Source of the DNA: Blastocystis sp. Blastoise
Taxonomy: Eukaryota > Protista > Bigyra: Opalinata
Direction of reading: 5' to 3'
DNA: 64,000 nt
NCBI GenBank assembly: GCA_039096225.1
Contig: JBBPEB010000029.1
Span: 620,001-684,000, forward strand
Numbering within the stretch: the stretch's first letter is position 1; each line of letters starts with the position of its first letter. Position numbers and translations under genes: made by a program. The notes beneath the pieces are model-generated. The model had not been told where the DNA came from and searched no databases. It saw only the letters and a list, made by a program, of their open reading frames with translations. Of this stretch, positions 27,001-40,921 are shown piece by piece.

Positions 27001-30000
27001 ATGTAGATAATATTTATTGGTCTAAACGAAGTGAAAAACTCTGTTTTTCTTTTGAAGAAACTATATCACCAATACAAATAATTAAAATAGAATTTCCACG
27101 GATATTAAATACTCTTTACTTTACTAATCCTAAATGTTCTCAAAATATGAATAGTTTTAATCACTCAGATTATAGTTGTATAATTAATAATAAATATAAT
27201 AATAATGTTAATACTAATAGTAGAGAAAGTAAAGATATTTCTAAATATCAAAATATAATTTCAATTTCTTCAATTTATTTCTCTCATATAAATGTCAATA
27301 CTAATCCTTATTTACCTTTTCAATATCCTTCTTCTCATTATATATTTTATCGATATATAACAATATCTCCGATTTATCCTAATTCTGGATATCAATCCTA
27401 TTCTATTTTTTCTGGAGAACTTCCAGAAGGTATTTTTCTAGATCAGGGAAAAGGAATATTATATGGTAATCCAGTAGTCTTTTTTCCTCTTTCAAATATT
27501 CAAATTAAAGCTTATAATCAAGAAAATCAAGAGTTTTCTTTAACTCTCTCTATAGAAGTTATTCATGTACCTAAACCTTATTTTTATCTTCATATACTTA
27601 TTGTTGATCATTATCCTTCAAATGAAAATTCAAATAATCATATTCAATATGAACTTATTAATAAAGATTATAATAATACAGTTATTCCTTTAACAACTTT
27701 AGAATATACTTGTTATCAGCGTCATACATATGCTATTCTTAAAGGACATTATATATTTTATGTACATGATCAATATAATAAAGGATTACCAAATACATCT
27801 TTACATCTATATACTACTCTCTATAATGAATTTCTTATTATACCATCAATAAATACGAATTATTCGGAGAATTCGTTTTATTTAGATCATTTTAATGATG
27901 ATATTGATATTGAATGGACTTATTTAAATGATTTAACTATTTCTGCACCTCTTACTACCTCTTGGACTGAAGAAGGATATAATTATAATCATTGGAATAA
28001 AGGTACAGTTGATACTATTGGATATATACAAGGTATTACTCAATATTTTGTGTCAGATATACCTACACCTGTTAATATATATGATTTTGCATCTTTATCA
28101 TTTCGAATAGCTACAAAAGGTGGTTTTCAATTATATCTAAATGGAATTTTATTATATACATATAATATGAATATTGAAGAACCTATTACATCAGAAACAG
28201 AAGCATTATCTTCTTCTACTCTTCTTGAATATGTTCAATTTGCTATTCCTCTTAGTGCTCCTATTTCAAGAGATATTATATATAATCGATTAGCTATTGA
28301 ATATCATTCTGGACCTAAACCTTCTTCTATTCCTTATTATTCTGTACTTTATGATTTTATAGAAAATCATACGTATAGCGTTCATAGAGGAAAAATTCTT
28401 GTCAAAGACTCTTTATCTATTAAAGAAACAATTCCTTATTTAATGGATAATGATATTCATACAGAATTTTTAAGTGAATCTTGTGAATCTACTAAAATAT
28501 TATATATATATCCTCAACATGTAGAAGAATTAATAACAAATTATAGTATAATTAATGGAGATTCTTGTAATATTATGACACCTTCTAGTTGGATTTTAGA
28601 AGGTTCAAATGATATGGGTAAAACATATATACCCTTACATTATATAGAACATAATATGTTTACAGCTCCTTTACAAGAACATTCGTTTTCTTTCTATACA
28701 ATATCTTCATTTAATTTATTTCGTTTTACTATTCTTTCTTGTTCAAATCAACCTTTTTCTACAGATAATTCTACTTTATGTAATTCATATAAGTTGAAAA
28801 TAGCTGATATTCGATTATTTTCTGATGATATATTACCTTATCCTTGTTATCCTGATAAAGAAGGTTGGTCTGTTGCTTCTCCAAATACATTTTCCTTTAA
28901 GTCTTGTCCTGATCATTATAATGGATATCTACGAAGATTCTGTTCAGATCAAAGTATTTTAAGTAATACTATTATCGATGATTGTCAGTATGGACTTCCT
29001 ACATATTATTATTATTATTCTGATTATTATATATTTCAAGTAGATACACCTATATTATCTCTTAAACCTTTAGTAAATGGATATAATATTACATTTAAAG
29101 TCACTCCAAATCTTCCTGATGGTTTATCTTTAGATACTTCAACAGGTATAATTAGTGGTATTCCTTTACTTGGAAGTCTTGGAGTTTATTATACATTTAG
29201 TGTAATTCATGTGAATACTACAATACTTACTACTATATATATAGAAGTAACAGGAACAAAATCTAGATTATATTGTTTAGAGAATGAAGAATGGCCTATA
29301 ACTTATAAAGGATTAACAGTAGTAAAACCTTGTGAACCCTATATGATAGGTAATTATAGTCGTCAATGTATACCTCAATATTATCCAGAATGGTCTCCTG
29401 TTTATGATACATGTGAATATCCTGAAGATTATGTTCAAATATATTATAATCAAACAAGTTATAGTATTCCTATTAATAATTATTCAGAAATATCTCCTAT
29501 TGTGAATGGTACTGTGTTTCTATGGTCAATATTTCCAGAAACATTACCTAGTGGATTACAATTTATTAATGGAACTATACAAGGAACTCCATCTCAACCA
29601 AGTGATACTACTCTATATACAATTATAGCTTCAGGATTAAATGTTGTAACAATTAAATTAAAAATAACTGTAGTGGAGTTATTTTGTCCTCAAGAAGGTA
29701 GATGGCCTATTACAGCACAAGGTAAAAGTACTACTATTTCTTGTAATTCAGAACTTTATAATGGATTCTTATGGAGATTATGTTCAAATTCAAATCCTCC
29801 ATTATGGAATGATGCTATTAATATGTGTTTATATAAATCACCATTAATTGTATTACCTACATTACAATTACAAATAGAAATTAATTCAGAATTAGCTTCT
29901 TTTATACCTGAATGTATAGGTTATTGTTCTTATTGGACATTAGATGGTATACTTCCTCAAGGACTTCTATTTAATTCTACTAATGGTAATATAGAAGGTA

Positions 30001-31541
30001 AACCTTCTGAATCTATTAGTAAAACAGAATATAAATTATGTGGAAATAATCCAGATAAAAAGAAATGTGTTTCATTTACAATTGAAGTAATAAATATATG
30101 TTGTGAAGAAGAAGGAGAATGGAAATCAACATCTAAAGGAACAATAGCATCTCTTTTATGTAATGATGATACAAAAGAAGGAAGTATAACTCGTCAATGT
30201 ACAAATGAATCTCCTCCATTATGGTTATCACCAGAAGATCATTGTTATTATAAAACTCCTATTATATCTTATATGTTTAATGAGTATCAATTAACACGAG
30301 GAGTCTCTATGGATCCTATTATTCCTTCGTTTATTAATATTGTGAATTCATGGAGTATTATTCCTCCTCTTCCTATGGGAATGACTATAGAAACATATAG
30401 TGGTATAATTAAAGGTATTCCTCTTTATATATCCCAACCAACAGATTATACAATTACTGCTCGTAATAGTGATAAAGAAACTTCTATTCATCTTAATCTT
30501 TCAGTAATTATAGAAGTATGTCCTCAAGATGAAGAATGGAATGAAACTGAAATTCAAACATTATCCTATTTATTTTGTAATAATAATATTCCTAGTTATC
30601 GTTCTCGTTCCTGTTCTTATATAAATAAATCACCTGTTTGGATGAATGAATCAACTATATTCTGTGATATAGATAATTATAATCGTAAACCTAAGAAAAA
30701 TTTTATATTTTATTATATTCCTATTATTCTATCTTCTAATACTACCAATGAAATAAAACCATCTCAACTTGCTACTTTATATAAACAATTATATTCTCAA
30801 TTCTATTCATATTTAAATCAAGAAATATCTTTAGAAATACGACAAATTCAAGAAATAAATAATACATATCAATCTTTCTATCCAATTAACCCCTCTATGA
30901 ATAATTCTCAATCTCTATATAATTCTTATATAAAAGATATATATCCATATAGTTCGTATAATATTCAAATTCTATTAAGATTTGATATTGAAACTCTTTA
31001 TTATTCATATTTATCAAGAGCTATTCCTAAATATATTCAATCAAATCTACTTCAAGATCTTAAAACTATTGATTCTTCTTATATACATCACGAATTATAT
31101 ATTCAATCTGATGGAATCTATATAGAAGAATTTTTTGATATTCTACCTTATATTATTCTATATATAATTATTTTCTGTAGTTTTATAGTTTCTGCAGGTT
31201 ATATTGGTATTCATATGATACAAAAACCACGAAAGATATATCAATCGGATTCACCCTTTTTATATCGTCAACCTGTAGTACGTCTTTCTACTCCTCTGTT
31301 ATTAATTCGAAATAGTTCTCAAAGTGTAGATCCTTCTCCTTCTTATTATCCTCTTTCTTTACAATCTAGAAATGAATCCCATAGTCATCCATTTATTAAA
31401 AGTCATAGTGAATCATCATCATCATCATCTTCTTCTTCTTCTTCTTTACATAAATATAATTATGGATCTAAACATTCTAGTCATAAAAATCAATTTATTC
31501 AATTATCTGATGTACTATTTGATAGTGACAATGAACGATGA
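24016..31541 (+). CDS. Large type I membrane surface protein (~2,400 aa): signal peptide, carbohydrate-binding/discoidin-like regions, He_PIG-type Ig repeats, Cys-rich HRM-like repeats, TM helix, Ser-rich tail; interrupted by a +1 frameshift in A10 at 26492-26501
   Basis: Spliced N-terminus MSLIALLLFLIK|LLYVNSQ. Repeated LPxGLxLxxxTGxIxGxP (Ig) and CxxExEWPxTxxGxTxxxxC...RxC...PxW...C motifs. Hydrophobic ILPYIILYIIIFCSFIVSAGYIGIHMI near the C-terminus. ORFs 24728-26512 and 26598-31541 join in frame if one A is removed. Confidence 0.85.
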
Positions 31542-31699
31542 AGTTAGATATATATAAATTGATTTACAATAAAAATAATATATAATCGATTTAAAGAATT
31601 TTTTTTTAAGAAGAATTTATTATTTCAAACTTTTTTATCTTTTTTTTTATCTTTTTTATTTTTTCATTTTTTCATTTTTTTTTATTATTATTCATATAT

Positions 31700-32610
31700 A
31701 TATTTTTTTTCTTTTTCTTCTTTTTCTTTCTATTTTATTATTCAAATTCTTTTGTGTCTATACAAATAAATAATTATTTCTTTTTTATTTCACATACTAT
31801 TAAATCTTGATTCATATATATATATAAAAGGTATCTATTTCATTATGTCTCATTTTTTCTTCTTTGAGATTTTTCTTAAGATATATATATATATATTAAT
31901 TCTAAACAAATTATTATATAGGTTTTTTTTTTTTTGCTCTTTTTGTTTATACATTTATATCTTCTTCATTGTATGTTTTTATATCGAACAACATTATTAT
32001 TTATCACAATTATTTCACTCTTTTTATTCAATTTTATATTTCTTTTTATATAGTATATATATATTTTTTTTTCTGTCTTTTATTATCCATATCTATAGTT
32101 TAAATCACATAATAATTTATTTTCATCATAATATACTCTATATTAACAGATTTTATTACAATTTCTTATAACCATCTTCTATTTCATTTTCTACTTTTAT
32201 TTGTCATTCTCTTTGTTTATAAATGTTCTTGTCAACTTCTCTTCTATTATTCATATATAAATGTTTAATACAAATTATTTCTAATATGCTTTTTTTGTTG
32301 TTAATATAATCTCTATGTGTTTATCTGTAAAGATTATTCATTATAAGTAGATATATCTATTTATTGTCTTTCTTTCTTATTCTATATATTTACATAATAT
32401 ATTTTTTGTTATTACATTGTTGTTGTATTTTTGGTAAGAATATTATTAATTATATCTCTATATATTTTTTTCTACATATAATTAATGAATACATGCTTTA
32501 ATGTCTTTGTCTTTCTTCTTGGTTATCGTTGACTTATTTTTTTATTCTAATAATATTACAAGTGAATTAAAATACCAGTATCTGCTGACTTTATAAACAA
32601 ATCAATTTAA
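31700..32610 (-). pseudogene. Possible decayed Lys/Glu/Asn-rich coding remnant
   Basis: Purine-rich minus strand with apparent ag|...|gt exon boundaries (about 32340-32580), but many stops and no open frame. Confidence 0.25.
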
Positions 32611-33132
32611 AATTTTATTTTTTTGAAGTAATACCAAGAAATATATATTTAAAATATTTTTACTAAATATGGTGCTTAATTCACAATTGAGATAAAATCG
32701 TAATAATGTGAAATAAAATTGAAAAATGTTAATTATCATGAAATTAGTTTTCATAAATATTTGTATCATGATATATAGATGTATTATAGTATTCTTACTT
32801 ATTTTATTATAATCATAAATAATATAAATAATGATTTCAATTGTATTTTTAAAAATAGTTCTTATTTTGTTAATTTGTTATTTCAATTTTTATTATATAA
32901 GTAAAGGTAAGTAATTCTAAACGTAGTATGAAATGGGATATAGATTCTATAAATGAAAAACAACAAAAACCAATAAATCCCTCCAAAAAAACAACAATAT
33001 TTTTTTATCCTCGTGTTTAAATGAACTTGAAAGACTACTGTATATTTCTATGTTTATCTTGTCATTGATATTGTTGTTATTCTTATTTTGATTTCCTGTC
33101 TAAAAGTAAAAAAAAAAATATAATTGTCAAAC

Positions 33133-33533
33133 ATGTCAGTTGATTATGAAAAACAATCATGGATGAAAAAGAGACAACTTCCATTTATTCATAAAGGTGT
33201 TTGTTCTTTATTCAAACCGAATTCAATGAAGAATACAATAATGAGTATGTTTTTCTTTTAGATTCATTATTTTTTAACTGTTTCTTAATATATAGATTCA
33301 GATTATATAAAACCATACTCATGTGAATATATTGAGAAAGATAGCAATCATATGAAGTTGGATACTCAACCCTTTGTTTATTCTTATTCGACAAATGATG
33401 ATAATATGATTTGTTCAAATAAACAATTAGTGAGTGAACAAGATCCTTTTACAAATAAAATACAATATTATAATGATACTATAAATTACTATGGTAAATA
33501 GTTTTTTCTATATATATATATATTGATTTATTG

Positions 33534-33604
<71 letters not shown>

Positions 33605-34736
33605 TATTAATATATATATTTATTTATTTTATATATATATATATTTATTTATTTTTTATTATTATATATATAGATGAAGCAATAAAGATGATAAATGAAT
33701 TAGTATATAAATAATAATGCTGTTAAGAATTCTATTAAATAATTAGATTAATTATATGTTAAATAATTAGATTACGAATACAATTATTGTTAATAATAAT
33801 AATAATAATAATATATATAGGGATTATCTGCTTCACGGATAGTGGATGACACTATACAATCCATATATCAACGAAAGAATCAACTAGAAGTATATTTCTA
33901 TACATAGACTTGTTTTTATCTTATTCTATAGAATTCGATAAAGAATACAAAGAATAAAATGTATAGATTTATATACTATTATTTCATTATATATATACAT
34001 ATATATAGATATAATCAAGAGAATAGTGATACTACTGAAGACGAAGAAATACTTGGTATATCTATATATACATTATATTTTATAATCATCTTGATGCTAA
34101 TGAATAAATATATGTGTTTTTTGTTATTATCACGATTATTAATAAACATATATATATATAAAGAAACCAAAGTAGACATTCATGTGAATGGTATAAAACG
34201 AATACAAATCAATCCTTCTCTTGTTTTAGATGATAAACTTTGTTATTATCATAAAAAGAAAGAAAATGTATATTATTTACATATATATAATATATCATTC
34301 AATAAATATCTATCTTCTTTCTTTAGATTCCTAATTATGAAAAATATAACAAAACAATGAGTTCCTTTAATGCTCAAATCGAAAAAGAATCAGATATGTA
34401 TATTTTTTATTTATATATATATATTTTTTTTTAATTTTGCTTTTGCTAAAAACTTTATTTCTTTCAATAGGATATATTGGGGAGAAAAAGAATCATTACG
34501 AAAATTAAAATATCAGCAGGTAGATATATTTTTCTCATCTTTTCATTAATATATATATATAGGCAGATGAAGAAATAGACACAGATTTAGAAGCTTTAGA
34601 CTATGGGAAATCGTTATCTACAAAAAATGTCATGCAAGCCTATAAGCTATTTAAAAATATGAAACGAAGTTCGCAAGAACGTATCGACAAATATTACGAG
34701 TCTGTTGAAGAATTAGAAAAGTATAGCAAGAAATAA
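33133..34736 (+). CDS. Multi-exon hypothetical protein
   Basis: ATG 33133 (MSVDYEKQSWMKKRQLPF...). About ten exons join in frame through GT-AG introns to ...VEELEKYSKK* (TAA 34734-34736). No recognisable domain. Confidence 0.65.
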
Positions 34737-35332
34737 ACTAGAAAATGTTAAGGTTGTAGTGATGATACTTTATTAAATCCTATCTTTCATCTTATTAGAA
34801 TAGAATACGTAGACTAGAATGTGTTTCTTTACAAAAGTGTTTTGTAATTCCTATAATCATTGTAATTTCATTCACTTTTTTAACTGAATACTGAATTCAA
34901 TAATATTTTACTTATAATCCATATAAAATATACTTGTTATGATTCAGAGTAAACAAAAGAAAAGACATATAAAAAATACCCCAAAACACCAATAAGAATA
35001 CTATAAAAAAAAGAGATAACCAAGGAAATCGAAATAAATGAATGTACAGTGATTAAGGAGAGAACCCATGTAAATTATCGCCATAAGGCGATAAAAAAAG
35101 TAATTCAGTTCCATATATATCATACGAGTCAAGGACAATCATGAATATTCTTGGGAAGAAATGAATCTTTTGGGGATTATTAGAAATTTCCAATAATCAG
35201 GTAATTTCTATTTTGTTTATTTAATTTTGACCAACAACCCATAAAATATCAAGGTAACTTTCTTATCTTAACTATTTTAATACTTTATTGTTGGGAAACC
35301 CAGTTCACTTATACCTGAAAACCGAAAAAAAA

Positions 35333-36334
35333 ATGACTCAACAAACTGCCGGTAACCCTCTTCGTGCTTCTTCTCTTTACGTTGGTGATCTTTCTCCTGA
35401 AGTTAAGGAAGAACAACTCTACCAAGTCTTTGAAAGTGTGGGACATGTCTTATCTCTTCGTATTTGCAGAGATAAAGCTACTGATCGTTCTCTTGGATAT
35501 GCTTATGTCAATTATGCTACTCCTGAAGATGCTACATATATATTCTAAATGATGAACTAATTTGTTATTTAAGTTAAATATATATGATGTTTTTTCATTT
35601 ATTTTCCTTTTTCTTATTTTTTCTAATATTTTTTCTACTATTTTATTATTTGATTATCTTAAATAAATAAATGTTTATAAATATATATATATATTGCTGA
35701 ACATGCTCTTGAAACTCTTAACTTTAGTGAAATTGAAGGACGTCCTTGTCGTATTATGTGGCAATTTAGAGATCCTTCTCTCCGTAGATCTGGTAAGGGT
35801 AATCTTTACATTAAGAATCTTCCTCTTGATATGGATAATAAGACTTTATTAGATACTTTCTCCCTTTTTGGACCTATTCTTTCTTGTAAGGTTTCTTGTG
35901 ATCCTAAGACTGGTAAGAGTCTTGGTTTTGGTTATGTTCATTTTGAAAATGTTGATAATGCTGAAACTGCTATTCATAAGCTTAATAATGTTGCTATTAA
36001 CGGTAAGACCATTACTGTCGAAAATTACATTGCCAATAAGAATTCTCAAGTTGTCAATGAATGGACTAACTGTTATGTTAAGCCTATTAATCCTGAATGG
36101 GATGAAGAAAAGGTTAAGAGTATCTTTGCTCCTTATGGTCCTATTCAAAATGTTGCTATTGCTAAGGATGTTGAAGGTAAGAGTAAGGGTTATGGTTTTG
36201 TCAACTTTGAAAAACATGATGACGCTGTTAAAGCTGTTACTGGTCTTAATGATACTACCAACGAAGTATTTTATGATTTTATTTTATTTATTTTGTTTTT
36301 ATTTTTTTTATTATTATTTTATTAGTTTTTAATT

Positions 36335-36385
<51 letters not shown>

Positions 36386-36391
36386 GTTTTG

Positions 36392-36443
<52 letters not shown>

Positions 36444-37620
36444 TTAATAATATTTATTATATTTAATAATATTTCTGTATATTATTATATTAATACTTTT
36501 CTTTAAGAGAATCTTGTTGATGGTAAAGCTACTCCTTTCATTGTTTGTCGTTTCATGAAGAAGGCTGAACGTGAAAAAGTTCTTTCTGAACAATTCTTAA
36601 AGAAGAAGGAAGAAAGACAAGAGAAGACTCAAGGTATGAATCTTTACATTAAGAACATTTCTGAAGATTATACTGATGCTAACTTATGTGAACTCTTCTC
36701 TAAATATGGTACTATCACTAGTGGTCTTATCATGAGAACTCCTGAAGGTCTTAGCAGAGGATTTGGTTTTGTTTGTTTCGCTTCTTCTGATGATGCTAGT
36801 AAGGCTATTTCTGAACTTAATGGTAAGACTATCAACGGTAAACCTCTTTATGTTACTCTTGCTCAAAAGAAGGAAGATCATTATGTTTATTATTATGTTT
36901 ATTATGTTTATTATGTTTATTATTATGTTTATTATTCTGAAGGAAGATCGTCGTGCTCAATTAGCTGCTGCTATGTCTCGTAACATTCCTCGTAATGTTC
37001 CTCTTGCTAATCCTATGTACCCTGTCTTCTATGGTGCCATGGTTCCTAGACCTCAAATGATGATGCCTTCTATGCCTGTTATGCCTGGTAATATGGGTAT
37101 GTACAATCAAATGCCTGCTGGACGTAATAATAGACGTTTCATTCGTAAACCTCAAATGAACGGTAAACCTAATGGTATGCAAAGAAATAACAACATGAGA
37201 GCTCCTATGATGAACCAAGGTCTTCCTGCCCCTATGTCTCAAGCTGTTCCTGTTCAACCCGTTCCTTCTGCCAATAACGAAAAATTAGCTAAGATTCAAC
37301 AAATCACTACTCAAATTGATTCTATGGAACCTATTAATATTCCTCAAGTTAAAGAAATGGATGCTGATACTCGTCGTAACTTCCTTGGTGAAAGATTATA
37401 TAATCTCATTAGTAACCTTCAACCTGAACGTGTTGGTAAGATCACTGGTATGATGCTTGAACTCGATGTCGATACTCTTCTTAATCTCTTTGTTCACCCT
37501 AGTGAACTTGTCGATAAAGTCGATGAAGCTGTTGCTGTCCTTATATATTATATCTAACATATTCATCTTAATTCTATTTTTATCTTACATATATATATAT
37601 AGGTCCTTGAACGTAACTAA
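35333..37620 (+). CDS. PABP: Cytoplasmic poly(A)-binding protein (4 RRM + MLLE)
   Basis: [56 protein letters not shown]...[28 protein letters not shown] domain LGERLY...[10 protein letters not shown]...KVDEAVAVL. Four intervening sequences, with anomalous boundaries described in findings. Confidence 0.97.
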
Positions 37621-38510
37621 ATCTTCTATTAGATTTCATTTAAATACCTTCAATAAAGTAATATTTCTCATTTTTTTATAATGTTTCCTTTGTTTTATTG
37701 TTTAAAACATTATAATATATTTGTTTTGTTCTGTTATTTTATATAACTTCATTAAAATATATATTTATTACGTTTTTATTTAAAGAATTTTTAAAAAACA
37801 CTTTTTAATGCTTCTATAAGTGATTATTATGCTATGGATATGTTAAGAATCCACCATTACTGTATGTAATTCAATTCAAAACTAATTTCTTTTTACATTA
37901 AACCATTATAATAGTAATACAATATATAAAATGAATATAAAAAATATTTTATACTATTTTTTAGACGTATTCTTACTAGAGATAATTCTTTTTTATTCAA
38001 AAAAAAATTTTAAAATACAAAAAAATATTTTCCACTTTTATATTTATTAAAAAGTATATATAATAGATATTCAAACAAGTGGTGTGATAAATAAACTTTT
38101 AAAAGTCTAAAGGATAAATGGAACAACCTAGAAAAAATAACAAAAATGTTCAAATACAATAGTTGAGTCAAAACATTATCAAAAATGAGTTTATATGACT
38201 GAATAGTATATTCTGATTATGTTATAAAGAATTTAAATACTCATAAAAACATGATGAGCAATGTGTTTTGTTTTGATTTGAATTGGGTTCTCGTTTTAAG
38301 GTTGTTAACAATTTGACAGAGACAGGGAAACCACGTCGTCATTCGTCATCCATGCAACACAACCATTAGGGATCTACACCGACAAGTGGTTGAAATATTA
38401 TGAAATTGCCCAAGAAATTGATTATTCTGATGATTAAAATTGTTCTTGTTCAAAAATTCTGTCTATGATTCTACAAGAGATTCTTTTATATTTTTATTTA
38501 TTATTCATAA

Positions 38511-39868
38511 ATGAAATTTACTGTTTTTTTGTTCTTTGTCTGTTTAGCCTTTGCTACAGGTATTTAAAGATAAGATACTCGTTCAAATTCTTATTTCTTT
38601 CCTTAGATTATGAAATGATTGCTAGAAAAGTGAATTCCATGAATACAACATGGAAAGCCGCTCCCGTTACAAGTAAAAGAGACTATAGACAATTAGTTGG
38701 TGTCTTACCTGGTGGTCCTAAATTACCTATCAAGTCTTATAAGAAGGAAAATGTTGTCATTCCTGAACATTTCGATCTTAGAGAAGAATGGCATTTTAAT
38801 TATTTGCTTTTTTATGTGTTTTTTTGTTTTATTTCTTTTATTTTTTTATTTATTTATATATAAAAATTGTTTACATATCTATTTTCTTTAGGCCTAATTG
38901 TAAGTCTATTGGTGAAATCAGAGATCAAGCTAATTGGTATTTTGTTAATTATTTCATTATTATTAAGAATTATTATTTATATAGTGGTGATTGTTGGGCT
39001 CTTGCTGCTGCTTCTGCTGCTTCAGATCGGTATATATAATAAAAATAATTAATTCTCTAGTTATATATAGTATATGTATTGCTACTAATGGTACCAGCCA
39101 ACCTAGATTATCTGCTATGAATCTTGCCACTTGCTGTGAATTCTGCATGAATGGATGCCATGGTGGATATACACCTCATGCTTGGACTGCTCTTAGCGTA
39201 TATATATATTATTATTATGTTTATTATGTTTATTATTATTATTATGTTTATTATGTTTATTATGTTTATTATTATTATTATTATGTTTATTATTATTATT
39301 ATGTTTATTATTATGTTTATTATTATGTTTATTATTATGTTTATTATTATGTTTATTATTATGTTTATTATTATGTTTATTATTATTATTTATTTTATAT
39401 AGTATTATGGTGCTGTTACTGAAGGAGAATACGGTAGTGACGAAGGATGCGTCATGTACCCTCTTCCTAAATGTAATCATTTCGAAACTTCCAGTGAATA
39501 CCCTGATTGTACTGCGTATATATTATTATATTTATTATATATATATTTTTTATATTTATTATATTTATAATCTATATTGTATATGCCATTATTAGTACTA
39601 TTGATACTCCTGTATGTTCTCGCGAATGTCGTGATAGTTACCCAAAAAGTTATGATGATGATAAGCATTACTTTAAAGACGGGTATTTATTAGATACCGT
39701 CGAAGATATGCAAATTGATATTATGAAGCACGGTTCCATTGAAGTCACTATTCAAGTATGTGATGATTTCATTACCTATAGATCCGGTGTCTATCAACAT
39801 GTTACTGGAGAAGTCTATGGAGGACATGCTGTCAGAGTATATTATTAGATTTATTATTATATTTATTA

Positions 39869-39907
<39 letters not shown>

Positions 39908-40083
39908 TTAATATTATTCTTACCTAGGTAATTGGTTGGGGTGTCGAGAATGACGTTCCTTATTGGATAGTGATGAATAGTTGGAATGAAGGATGGGGTG
40001 ATCATGGTACTATTAAGATGCTTCGTGGTCAAGATGAATGCATCATTGAAGAACAAGCTGTAGCTGGAGTACCCATTATCTAA
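38511..40083 (+). CDS. CTSB: Cathepsin B-like papain-family (C1A) cysteine protease, secreted
   Basis: Signal peptide [15 protein letters not shown]; [14 protein letters not shown]; catalytic QANCGDCWA; GCHGG; occluding-loop region YPLPKCNHF; GGHAVRVIGWG; [16 protein letters not shown]; ends ...AVAGVPII*. Confidence 0.95.
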
Positions 40084-40479
40084 ATATAAAAGACAGTAAT
40101 AATCATTTTCATTCATCTTTTATATTTAATACTTTTTCTAAATATATATATATATTTTTGAACTTGTATTATTGTATTCCGTTAATAAAGTATTCTTTGT
40201 TAATAGTGAGTTGTGTTTTATTATAAATATAGTTATGTATCCAATAAATTCATCGTCAATTTAAATGAATAAAACATATTCTATTATTAAAAACAATCAT
40301 TATTTTACTTGTATCAGAAAAGAACATAAATATACAAAACAAATAAAATTAATATAATAATAGTGGAAGCAATTAAGTATAATGATATACTATAAGGTTA
40401 TAATATAATCATTTAAGATCTCTATAAATTATCTAGAAAGAAGATATGTATTTATATATTAGTAATAAAATAATATTGT

Positions 40480-40862
40480 TTAATAAAGACGAGGTGTTTT
40501 GGATCTATTACAAATATCTTGATGAATCGTGACATCTCCCATCAGTTCTGTTCGAACTTCTTTTTCTCCATCTTCATTTAAGATCCAAGAATCTAATTTC
40601 ATGTCATTCGTGCCAGTCACAGTAACATCAATGATACGGCTACCACGCTTCACATTCTCTGAAGGACCATATCCGGCTACACCTGTTTTACGTCCATGAG
40701 ATAAATGAATACCATAATAATCAATTTCAAAATCAATTGCATGATCATGACCAACGTAAGTACCTTTAATATCCTTTCTTTGAAGAGCTGCTGCTATAAA
40801 TCCCGAATTGACCGAGGAGCAGCCGCTGTGTTCTTTCTTATACCCTGTTCCATTGAAATGCT

Positions 40863-40921
<59 letters not shown>

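Noticed and set aside
33197-33430. Apparent long complex intron that might host a snoRNA
   Set aside because: It resolves into two in-frame coding segments separated by a short normal intron.
35849-37257. Antisense and alternate-frame ORFs over PABP
   Set aside because: Shadow ORFs caused by the biased codon usage of PABP.
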